The position numbers and the translations under genes are program-made. The notes under the pieces were generated by a model. The model made no database searches and was not told the origin of the DNA. It saw only the letters and a program-made list of their open reading frames with translations. From Bacteroidota bacterium (GTDB taxonomy: Bacteria > Bacteroidota > Bacteroidia > AKYH767-A > OLB10), in the NCBI GenBank assembly GCA_043758125.1, contig JAYVOC010000258.1, positions 1 to 45,317 on the forward strand: a stretch of DNA of 45,317 bases. Reading direction: 5' to 3'. Positions within the stretch are counted from its first letter, which is position 1, and every line of letters begins with the position of its first letter. Positions 37,911 through 45,317 of the stretch are shown in pieces.

Positions 37911-38981
37911 ATGGATTTTTTTAAAAAAGATACGAGGACAGCACTTCAAGCAAAAGAATATGCCCAGTGGATTGCTTTTGCACCAATGGTTTTTCAGGCT
38001 TCTAGAGCATTACGTAATCTGAATATTTTATCAGAAGTTCATGAATCCCGTAAAGTTGGAGTTACCATTGAAGAAATTTGCAAGAAATTAGATCTCTCAA
38101 ATTATGGAGCACGAGTTCTTATGGAAGCTGGATTAGGAATTGGATTGTTATTAGTTAATGATAATAAATTCACGTTAACAAAAGCAGGATACTTAATATT
38201 AAACGACCCACTCACAAAAGTAAATTTTGATTTCTCTAACGATGTATGCTATGAAGGGTTATTTTCACTGACTGAATCTATTAAATCAGGAAAGCCTGAA
38301 GGATTAAAAGTATTTGGCACTTGGAAAACTGTTTACGATGCGCTGGCTCACCTTCAACCCAATGTACAAAAATCGTGGTTCGCTTTTGATCACTATTATT
38401 CAGATGATTCCTTTCCAGAAGTTTTAGAATATATTTACAAATCAAAACCAAAAACACTTTTAGATATCGGTGGAAACACAGGCAAATGGGCGATCTCAAG
38501 TGTTAATTTCGACAAGGATGTTCATGTAACTATTATGGACTTACCAGGTCAAGCGGAAATGGCGAAAAAGAATATTGAGAAATTAGGTTTATCAGATAGA
38601 GTATCTTTTTATCAAACGAATATATTAGATGAATCAATTCCATTTCCAAAATATTATGATGTAATATGGATGAGCCAATTTTTAGATTGCTTCTCTGATA
38701 ATGAAATAATTTCCATTCTTACTAGATGCAAAAACTCCTTAAATGATGATGGTGCAGTTTATATCTTAGAACCATTTTGGGATAATCAACGATTTGAAGC
38801 TGCTGCGTTTAGTTTACAAATGACATCCATCTATTTTACAGCAATCGCAAATGGAAATAGTCAAATGTATAACTCAACAATATTTATAAAACTTATAGAG
38901 AAGTCAGGGTTCGTAGTTGATGAAACGATTAATGATATTGGCATTTCAAATACATTAATTAAATGTGTCAAAAAAAATTAA
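37911..38981 (+). CDS. Class I SAM-dependent methyltransferase (O-MT family 2 architecture; probable aryl-ring methylase)
   Basis: N-terminal dimerisation/wHTH-like part; LLDIGGNTG, MDLP, WMSQFLDCF; start at ATG 37911. Confidence 0.88.
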   Translation: MDFFKKDTRTALQAKEYAQWIAFAPMVFQASRALRNLNILSEVHESRKVGVTIEEICKKLDLSNYGARVLMEAGLGIGLLLVNDNKFTLTKAGYLILNDPLTKVNFDFSNDVCYEGLFSLTESIKSGKPEGLKVFGTWKTVYDALAHLQPNVQKSWFAFDHYYSDDSFPEVLEYIYKSKPKTLLDIGGNTGKWAISSVNFDKDVHVTIMDLPGQAEMAKKNIEKLGLSDRVSFYQTNILDESIPFPKYYDVIWMSQFLDCFSDNEIISILTRCKNSLNDDGAVYILEPFWDNQRFEAAAFSLQMTSIYFTAIANGNSQMYNSTIFIKLIEKSGFVVDETINDIGISNTLIKCVKKN

Positions 38982-39059
38982 GTAAATTGAGATAGTAATT
39001 ATCAATTATATAGTTATTACCGTAAAATTTATCTTTAAATTATTAGAAAAAAAATCACC

Positions 39060-39314
39060 ATGGATGAAATAATTGAAAAATTAAAAAATGAAATTATTGA
39101 GCAACTAAATCTGGTAGATATAAAGAAGGAAGATATCACAGCAGATACGCCACTCTTTGGCGAAGGTCTTGGCTTAGACTCCATAGATTCATTAGAGCTT
39201 ATTGTACTACTCGACAGAAAATATCAAATTAAAATAACAAATCCTCAAGAAGGAAAGAAAGTTTTTCAATCGCTAAGAACAATGGCGGAATATATTCAAG
39301 AGCATAAGAAATAA
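39060..39314 (+). CDS. Acyl carrier protein (ACP3), paralog of ACP1
   Basis: GLGLDSID; 48/84 positions identical to ACP1 by ungapped hand alignment. Confidence 0.95.
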   Translation: MDEIIEKLKNEIIEQLNLVDIKKEDITADTPLFGEGLGLDSIDSLELIVLLDRKYQIKITNPQEGKKVFQSLRTMAEYIQEHKK

Positions 39315-39328
39315 CCGCTTAATTTATT

Positions 39329-40531
39329 ATGAGCAAAAATATTTATGTAACTGGACTAGGAATGATTTCAGCAATAGGAATCAATATTGATGAATCATTG
39401 CAATCTATTAAACAATTAAAATCGGGAATAGGTAAATTAAATCATGTTGCATCGCGTCATAAAGAAATTATTTCAGTTGGTGAAGTGAAATTTTCAAATA
39501 TTGATTTACAAAACATTGCAGGTCTTTCTTCTCAATTTAATTTTACGCGTACAGCACTCTTGGGAATAATTGCTGCTAAGGAGGCGATAAACTCAGCAAA
39601 CATTACCGATATTAATTTGTTTAAGACAGGAATTATATCAGCTACAAGTGTTGGAGGAATGGCAGTAGCAGAAAACCATTATTTAGACTGCTTAAACATT
39701 GAAAAAAGTACTGATTTTCTCAAACATATAAATACATTAGATTGTAGTGATAGCACCGAAAGAATTGCAGATGCATTAGGCATTACGGAATTTTTATCAA
39801 CTATCAGCACTGCGTGTTCATCATCAGCAAATGCGATCATGTTAGGAGCACGGCTTATAAAGCATGGCATACTAGATCGTGTTGTTGTTGGCGGCACAGA
39901 TTCGCTTTCACGATTTACAATAAATGGCTTCTTAACATTGAAAATATTAGATGAAACTCCATGCAGACCATTTGATGCCAATCGCAATGGATTAAACCTT
40001 GGAGAAGGAGCAGGATTCATCGTTTTGGAATCAGAAAAAGCAGCACAAGGAAAAAAGATTTTAGCACAACTAACTGGATATGCTAATTCAAATGATGCCT
40101 ATCATCAAACAACTTCATCACCAAATGGAGAGGGAGCATTTATCGCGATGAAAAAATCATTAGAAATGAGTGGACTTAGCATTTCAAATATCGATTACAT
40201 CAATGCACATGGAACGGGAACTGAGTTAAACGATTTATCTGAAGGCATGGCTATCGAAAGATTATTTGGAAACACTGTACCGCCCATTAGTTCAACGAAA
40301 GCATTCACGGGTCACACATTGGCAGCAGCGGGAGGAATAGAAGCCGTATTATCAATACTTGCAATTCAAAATAATTTTATTTATCCGAATTTATTTTTTA
40401 AAAATGAAATGCCAGAACTACACTTCAAACCAGAAACAAATCTCATCAATACCAAGAAAATAAATCATGTGCTTTCCAATTCATTTGGATTTGGTGGAAA
40501 TACTTCATCATTAATCTTCTCGAGAAATTAA
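39329..40531 (+). CDS. Beta-ketoacyl-ACP synthase, elongation module 2 (paralog of 5087..6286)
   Basis: TISTACSSSANAIMLG identical to module 1; HGTGT, KAFTGHTL, NSFGFGG. Confidence 0.95.
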   Translation: MSKNIYVTGLGMISAIGINIDESLQSIKQLKSGIGKLNHVASRHKEIISVGEVKFSNIDLQNIAGLSSQFNFTRTALLGIIAAKEAINSANITDINLFKTGIISATSVGGMAVAENHYLDCLNIEKSTDFLKHINTLDCSDSTERIADALGITEFLSTISTACSSSANAIMLGARLIKHGILDRVVVGGTDSLSRFTINGFLTLKILDETPCRPFDANRNGLNLGEGAGFIVLESEKAAQGKKILAQLTGYANSNDAYHQTTSSPNGEGAFIAMKKSLEMSGLSISNIDYINAHGTGTELNDLSEGMAIERLFGNTVPPISSTKAFTGHTLAAAGGIEAVLSILAIQNNFIYPNLFFKNEMPELHFKPETNLINTKKINHVLSNSFGFGGNTSSLIFSRN

Positions 40532-40532
40532 A

Positions 40533-41597
40533 ATGCAAGCATTCATTAAAGGAGTTGGACTTATTTCTCCTCAACACTCCATAAACTTCCATGATTTCAT
40601 TTCTGAAACTGTTACTTCAGAAAATAATTTATTGAAATGCATTGAACCTTCCTATTCGGAATTTTTAAACCCCATTATGTCGCGTAGAATGGGAAGAATT
40701 GTTAAGATGGGAATGGCAGCTGCATTAACAAGTTTAAACGATGCAAATATAAAAATGCCCGATGCAATTATTACAGGTACTGCATTAGGTTGTTTGGGTG
40801 ATACCGAAAAATTTTTAACAGCAATGATTACTGACGAAGAATTATACCTCACTCCTATTCCCTTTATACAATCGATTCAAAATACAGTAGGTGCACAAAT
40901 TGCATTGCATTTAAAATGTATGAATCATAATTTTACACATTCGCATAAAGGATTTTCTTTTGAAAGTGCGGCATTGGAAGCATTAATGCTTTTAGATGAT
41001 GGTGAAGCTAATAATGTTTTAATAGGTGGATTAGATGAGATGACTACTAACAATTTCTTGTTGTTCAATCGAATTAATCGTTGGAAAAAGGAATTCGTGC
41101 TCAACACTAATTTATTAAATGCAAAAACAGAAGGAACTATTGCCGGTGAAGGTGCCGCATTCTTTGTGTTTAGCAAGAAAGAAAATGAAAACAATTATGC
41201 TATTGTTAAAGGTCTGAGAATAATATACAAGCCAGAAAATGATAATATTGTTTTTGATAAAATTCAAGAACTATTAAACGAAAATAATCTTACAAATAAT
41301 GAAATTGATTTAGTGATTTATGGCCTCAATGGCGACGTACGTTATGATGCGATTCACTACACATTAATAGATTCTCTTTTCCAAAATAGCACCTCTGCTT
41401 ATTTCAAACATTTGTGTGGTGAATATCAAACTTCTAGTGGCTTTGCAATGTGGTTGGCGGCGATGATTTTAAAAAATCAACAAATTCCAAATTTAATTAT
41501 CATTAATAATAAAAATCATAAATCGATTGCAAATATTCTAATTTACAATAATTATGAATCAGAAAATCAATCTGCAATCTTGATGTCAAAGATTTAA
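40533..41597 (+). CDS. KS-like chain length factor (Cys-less), module 2 (paralog of 6289..7338)
   Basis: RRMGRIVKMG, PIPFIQSIQN, GFSFESA, AGEGA, KHLCGEY. Confidence 0.87.
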   Translation: MQAFIKGVGLISPQHSINFHDFISETVTSENNLLKCIEPSYSEFLNPIMSRRMGRIVKMGMAAALTSLNDANIKMPDAIITGTALGCLGDTEKFLTAMITDEELYLTPIPFIQSIQNTVGAQIALHLKCMNHNFTHSHKGFSFESAALEALMLLDDGEANNVLIGGLDEMTTNNFLLFNRINRWKKEFVLNTNLLNAKTEGTIAGEGAAFFVFSKKENENNYAIVKGLRIIYKPENDNIVFDKIQELLNENNLTNNEIDLVIYGLNGDVRYDAIHYTLIDSLFQNSTSAYFKHLCGEYQTSSGFAMWLAAMILKNQQIPNLIIINNKNHKSIANILIYNNYESENQSAILMSKI

Positions 41598-41624
41598 TGT
41601 TCAAGTGATTTAATTTGGGATATT

Positions 41625-41676
41625 TGATCTTATAGCAAAATAACTTCAATTTTATATTTCCTTTGAAATAAGATCA
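41625..41676 (+). other. Stem-loop downstream of the last cluster gene
   Basis: TGATCTTAT (41625-41633) and ATAAGATCA (41668-41676) form a perfect 9-bp inverted repeat with extra inner CAAA/TTTG pairing. AT-rich, with a large loop. Confidence 0.35.
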
Positions 41677-41856
41677 GACATTATTTTTTCGTGGCTAAAA
41701 GGCTAATTAGAGCAATATTATCCTTTCAATTCTCAAACCAATAATCCCAATTAAAATTATTTCAGCCTAAAGTTCATTTTAAACGAAATTCACTAATTTT
41801 ACGCTTCAAATTATCCTTTTACAAATAATTACAATTAATTATCGAATATCCTATCT

Positions 41857-42630
41857 ATGAAAAACAAACTGCTAATACTTATTTCTATTATTCTACTACT
41901 TGCAACCCCTAAATTTTCTTTTGGATGGGGAAAAAAAGGTCACGAACTAGTTGCCGAAGTGGCATCCCACTATTTAGATGAAAGTACTAAAGCAAAAGTT
42001 CAAGGATATTTAAAAAATATTAGTTTCGAAGATGCAGCTAATTGGATGGATGAAATGCGCTCCAATGATTATTATACGTTTATGAAAACTTGGCATTATC
42101 TAGATGTTGAAAAAGGTCAACGATATACGCCTGTTGCAACAGATCGTAATATTATTATCATTTTAAATTCCGCGATTTCTGAATTACAACACAGAGATAA
42201 TATCAAAAAGAAACAAATCAAAAATGATATACTACTTCTATTTCATTTAATGGGTGATCTTCACCAACCTTTGCATGTTGGTTATCCTGGTGATAAAGGT
42301 GGCAATACAATTAATGTTACTTTGATTAAAACAAATACGAATCTTCACAGTGCATGGGATACTGGTATTATTGAATCAAAAAATATTACTCTTGAGGATT
42401 GCTTAAAACAATACGCTACCTATTCACCAGAAGAAATTGCAAGTTTCAAACAACTACATGTGATGCAATGGATGGATCAATCACGCTCACTTCTTGATAC
42501 TGTTTATAATTTTAAAGATGATTTATTAGATCAAAATTATGTTGATGCTAATAGTGTAATTATTGAAAAACAAATTTTAAAAGCTGGGATTCGTTTAGCG
42601 AGTGTTTTAACGGAAGCATTTAAAAATTAA
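41857..42630 (+). CDS. S1/P1 nuclease, secreted
   Basis: Signal peptide, then WGKKGH, ANWMD, WHYLD, HLMGDLHQPLH, DKGGN, NLHSAWD, AGIRLA. Confidence 0.95.
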   Translation: MKNKLLILISIILLLATPKFSFGWGKKGHELVAEVASHYLDESTKAKVQGYLKNISFEDAANWMDEMRSNDYYTFMKTWHYLDVEKGQRYTPVATDRNIIIILNSAISELQHRDNIKKKQIKNDILLLFHLMGDLHQPLHVGYPGDKGGNTINVTLIKTNTNLHSAWDTGIIESKNITLEDCLKQYATYSPEEIASFKQLHVMQWMDQSRSLLDTVYNFKDDLLDQNYVDANSVIIEKQILKAGIRLASVLTEAFKN

Positions 42631-42666
42631 TATCTCGATACAATTTAATAAAATTTCTTTAGTATA

Positions 42667-42701
42667 AAAATAGGCGTCACATAAAACATGACGCCTATTT
42701 T
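42667..42701. terminator. Bidirectional rho-independent terminator
   Basis: AAAATAGGCGTCA-9 nt-TGACGCCTATTTT, a perfect 13-bp inverted repeat between convergent genes. Confidence 0.9.
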
Positions 42702-42717
42702 CGTATAAACTAACTAA

Positions 42718-43206
42718 TTATTTTGTGATATTCGTAACTATCATGTGACCTTCTGAAATTGTTTTTGAAGTTGATCCAGTATAAGGATATTCTTTACCTA
42801 CAAAATTAAAATCACCTTCTAGTTTATTTCCTATTGTATCACATAACGTAAGATTTAATGATCCCGATTGTGAATCAAAACTATTTATAGGTGATGCTAA
42901 GTATGTTAAAAATGCACCAGTTCCTAATGTTGATCCAGCAACTTTCATTCCTGTTGTAGGAGCGAAATGGAATTCAAGAACTTCTTGTCCGCCTTTATAT
43001 GCATACACATCAATCATTCGCATCCCACCGTTAGTATAAATTTGTGCATTGGAGGAATCAATAGTGTTAGAAGTACCTCCATCTACTTTAAATCTGAATC
43101 CAGTGGCACTTGTTTGAGGATCACTTGAACTATCCTTCTTACAAGATGAAGCTCCAATTGCTATTACTAAGCAGCAAACTGCCATTATCTTAAACGACTT
43201 TTTCAT
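42718..43206 (-). CDS. Hypothetical (surface) lipoprotein
   Basis: MKKSFKIMAVCCLVIAIGASS-CKKDSS lipobox; beta-rich body. Confidence 0.85.
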   Translation of the reverse strand: MKKSFKIMAVCCLVIAIGASSCKKDSSSDPQTSATGFRFKVDGGTSNTIDSSNAQIYTNGGMRMIDVYAYKGGQEVLEFHFAPTTGMKVAGSTLGTGAFLTYLASPINSFDSQSGSLNLTLCDTIGNKLEGDFNFVGKEYPYTGSTSKTISEGHMIVTNITK

Positions 43207-43242
43207 TATTGATTTTTTTATTAATTAATTTGAAAAGTTAGG

Positions 43243-44013
43243 TTACTGAATGTTGATACTTTTAACATTTGCTTGCTCCTTAACAAAGGCATAATTTTTT
43301 CCGCCAAAAGATTGTAGGTGTATCGAATAAGGAATCACTTCAATTAAAGCAGAATTATCTGTGACAACTGGAAGACTTGAAAGCGTGCTGGCAGAAATCA
43401 CGGCAGATGCTGCTGTCCCAGCGAATGTACGTGTAATAGAAACGCTTCCTTTTGTGATGAAAACAATTACACTATCAGCATCATTTACATCAGATCCGAG
43501 TGAAATAGTTAAACCATTAGCACGAGTGATACTTGTTGGAACAATTCCAGTAAAACTTGGAAAATTACTATTGTGGTTATACGAAATTGCTGGAACAGCT
43601 CCTGCGCCAGAAACAATCCAGTTACTACTTTGAGAACTAAAATTAAGTGATGCTGGAGTTTGTCCTACTGTAGCAGATTTTACATAACTATTGTTTGATT
43701 GCTTATCTAGTGGAAATGTATTCACACTCACTGTCCCAGCATTTATAAATGAACTATTATTACCTGTAGAAGCGAAGAAAGTAGCAACTCCAGTTTCTGT
43801 AGTAATGGTGAATGGAAATCCTCCAGCAATCGTTGTTACATCTGTCTCTAAACTTACAAGCGCGCCATCTACATTTCCAACTTGTGGTGATGGAGCTGAA
43901 CCATTTCCGCCTGAAGTGGAAGGACTCGCTGAACTATCATCTTTTTTACAAGAATTTATTGAAATGGTAAGTGCAATCATCAAGATTGTAGGAAGAATTT
44001 TGTAATGTTTCAT
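43243..44013 (-). CDS. Hypothetical (surface) lipoprotein
   Basis: MKHYKILPTILMIALTISINS-CKKDD lipobox, Ser/Gly/Pro linker, beta-rich body. Confidence 0.85.
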   Translation of the reverse strand: MKHYKILPTILMIALTISINSCKKDDSSASPSTSGGNGSAPSPQVGNVDGALVSLETDVTTIAGGFPFTITTETGVATFFASTGNNSSFINAGTVSVNTFPLDKQSNNSYVKSATVGQTPASLNFSSQSSNWIVSGAGAVPAISYNHNSNFPSFTGIVPTSITRANGLTISLGSDVNDADSVIVFITKGSVSITRTFAGTAASAVISASTLSSLPVVTDNSALIEVIPYSIHLQSFGGKNYAFVKEQANVKSINIQ

Positions 44014-44081
44014 CGTTTGATTTATATTAGAATTAGTATTTTAATTTGGGTGCAAGATATTTAAAACAAAAAGGGAATGGT

Positions 44082-44123
44082 ATACCTTATGTAGGGTATT
44101 TTGATAAGTACTAGTGGGTATTT
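44082..44123. promoter_or_regulatory. Candidate tandem operator in the divergent intergenic region
   Basis: Near-palindrome ATACCTTA-TG-TAGGGTAT (44082-44099); GGGTATTT repeated at 44094 and 44116. Confidence 0.4.
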
Positions 44124-44235
44124 ATTTAACTAACCATTGATAATTAATACTAGATTTAATGTTAATAAATAAAATTGGCTTATGAACGAATGGCTTTGAT
44201 TTCATTCTAATTTGGTAAAAAAATAAGCCTTTCAC

Positions 44236-45317
44236 ATGGAAGAAAAAAATAATAGTATTATTCCAGTAATCATTCTCGGTTGCTTCTTCTTTATCTTCGG
44301 ATTTGTAACATGGTTAAATGGAACTCTCATCCCCTACTTAAAAATTGCCTGTGAACTCAATACACAACAATCACTTTTAGTTGCCTTTGCATTTTACATT
44401 TCCTATTTTGTGATGGCATTACCTTCTTCATGGGTACTACAAAAAATAGGATTCAAAAAAGGAATGATGCTTGGACTTTTTGTAATGGCAGCAGGTGCAT
44501 TGATTTTTATTCCCGCAGCAAATACGCGCACTTATGAATTATTCCTTACAGGATTATTTGTAATAGGTACAGGATTATCACTTTTACAGACGGCCTCCAA
44601 TCCATATATCACTATTGTTGGGCCAATAGAGAGTGCGGCAAAACGAATTAGCGTTATGGGTATTTGTAGTAAGGTTGCGGGTGTTCTCGCTCCTATTATT
44701 CTTGGTGCAATTATTCTTTCAGATGCAGATACTCTTACTACAAAATTAACTACTATGAATAATGCAGATCGTATTATTCAATTGAATGAACTTGCTTCTA
44801 GAGTAATTCAACCATATACTTTTATGGCAATTGCATTGGCCGTTCTCGCACTACTTGTCAACTTTTCCCCTTTACCAGAAATTGAAGCAAAGGAAGAATT
44901 AATTTCTAGTGATACGAATGAAATGCGAACCTCCGTTTTTCAATTTCCTAATTTAGTATTTGGTGCTATCGGTATCTTTGTTTGTGTAGGTGTTGAAGTT
45001 ATTTCTGGCGACACCATCGGCATCTATGGGCAATCTCAAGGCATACCATTAAGCGAAGCAAAAATTTATACATCTTTCACTTTATCAGCAATGGTTATTG
45101 GATATATCATTGGCATATTAACGATACCTAAATTTTTATCGCAACAAAAAGCATTAGCCTATTCAGCAATATCTGGAGTATTATTTTCGGCGCTTATTTT
45201 GTTTACTAAAGGATATACCTCAGTATTTTTTGTTGCATTGTTAGGATTATCGAATGCATTAATGTGGCCTGCTATCTGGCCTCTTGGTATTGATGGTTTA
45301 GGGAAATTTACTAAAAC
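44236..45317 (+). CDS. gluP: MFS sugar transporter, glucose/galactose (GluP/FucP family), 3'-truncated by window edge
   Basis: Not in the ORF track (no stop in the window). MEEKNNSIIPVIILGCFFFIFGFVTWLNGTLIPYLK..FAFYISY..IGFKKG..LLQTASNPY..GPIESAAKR..VGVEV..NALMWPAIW. Confidence 0.9.
   Translation, partial: MEEKNNSIIPVIILGCFFFIFGFVTWLNGTLIPYLKIACELNTQQSLLVAFAFYISYFVMALPSSWVLQKIGFKKGMMLGLFVMAAGALIFIPAANTRTYELFLTGLFVIGTGLSLLQTASNPYITIVGPIESAAKRISVMGICSKVAGVLAPIILGAIILSDADTLTTKLTTMNNADRIIQLNELASRVIQPYTFMAIALAVLALLVNFSPLPEIEAKEELISSDTNEMRTSVFQFPNLVFGAIGIFVCVGVEVISGDTIGIYGQSQGIPLSEAKIYTSFTLSAMVIGYIIGILTIPKFLSQQKALAYSAISGVLFSALILFTKGYTSVFFVALLGLSNALMWPAIWPLGIDGLGKFTK

Larger units (their letters stand above)
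4199..41597 (+). other. Flexirubin-type aryl polyene-dialkylresorcinol biosynthetic gene cluster
   Basis: Co-oriented, tightly coupled genes: TAL, CoA ligase, KS/CLF/ACP/KR/DH/TE, DarA/DarB, tailoring and export genes. Confidence 0.93.

Noticed and set aside
39060-41597. Module 2 as an exact assembly duplicate of module 1
   Set aside because: The protein sequences are clearly diverged (ACP 48/84 identical), so it is not an artefactual repeat.
41857-42630. S1/P1 nuclease as a defence system or cluster member
   Set aside because: A secreted stand-alone enzyme common in Bacteroidota, separated by a 259-bp gap, with no defence partner genes.
1236-44005. Numerous 60-154 aa ORFs antisense to or nested in long genes (e.g. 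12791..13255, 23439..23756, 29167..29508, 39679..40020, 43691..44005)
   Set aside because: They are shadow frames of well-supported genes, with no motifs and no independent expression signals noticed.
1-45317. CRISPR arrays, tRNA, rRNA, recognisable riboswitches
   Set aside because: No repeat-spacer pattern or recognisable RNA gene in any intergenic gap (all about 350 bp or less). An Infernal/Rfam scan would be needed to exclude weak ncRNAs.

Overview
AT-rich Bacteroidota DNA, judged from TAnnTTTG promoter elements, an IS66 end with a Bacteroidota-like inverted repeat, and CKKD(D) lipoproteins. About 4.2-41.6 kb is a single co-oriented type II PKS/FAS cluster for a flexirubin-type aryl polyene-dialkylresorcinol (APE-DAR) pigment. 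It encodes a tyrosine ammonia-lyase, a PaaK-like CoA ligase, 4 catalytic KS, 3 Cys-less KS-like/chain-length-factor proteins, 3 ACPs, FabG, 2 dehydratases, a thioesterase, DarA/DarB, a halogenase-like flavoenzyme, a methyltransferase, 2 CrtI/RetSat-like flavoenzymes, GT2, a NodB deacetylase, four kinds of acyl-transfer enzyme, AcpS, and MMPL/ABC/LolA-like export parts. The cluster class is known. What looks unusual here: (i) a second, diverged ACP-KS-CLF elongation module at the far end; (ii) a second RetSat-like oxidoreductase coupled to darA; (iii) an apparently permuted gene order that separates a KS from its probable partner by about 24 kb; (iv) a promoter followed directly by a terminator-like hairpin in front of the pathway-entry TAL gene. 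The left flank has the end of an IS66 element, a secreted hypothetical protein and an M48 peptidase. The right flank has an S1/P1 nuclease, two surface lipoproteins and a truncated GluP/FucP MFS transporter. No rRNA, tRNA or CRISPR array was seen. All calls come from reading motifs by eye; no searches were run.
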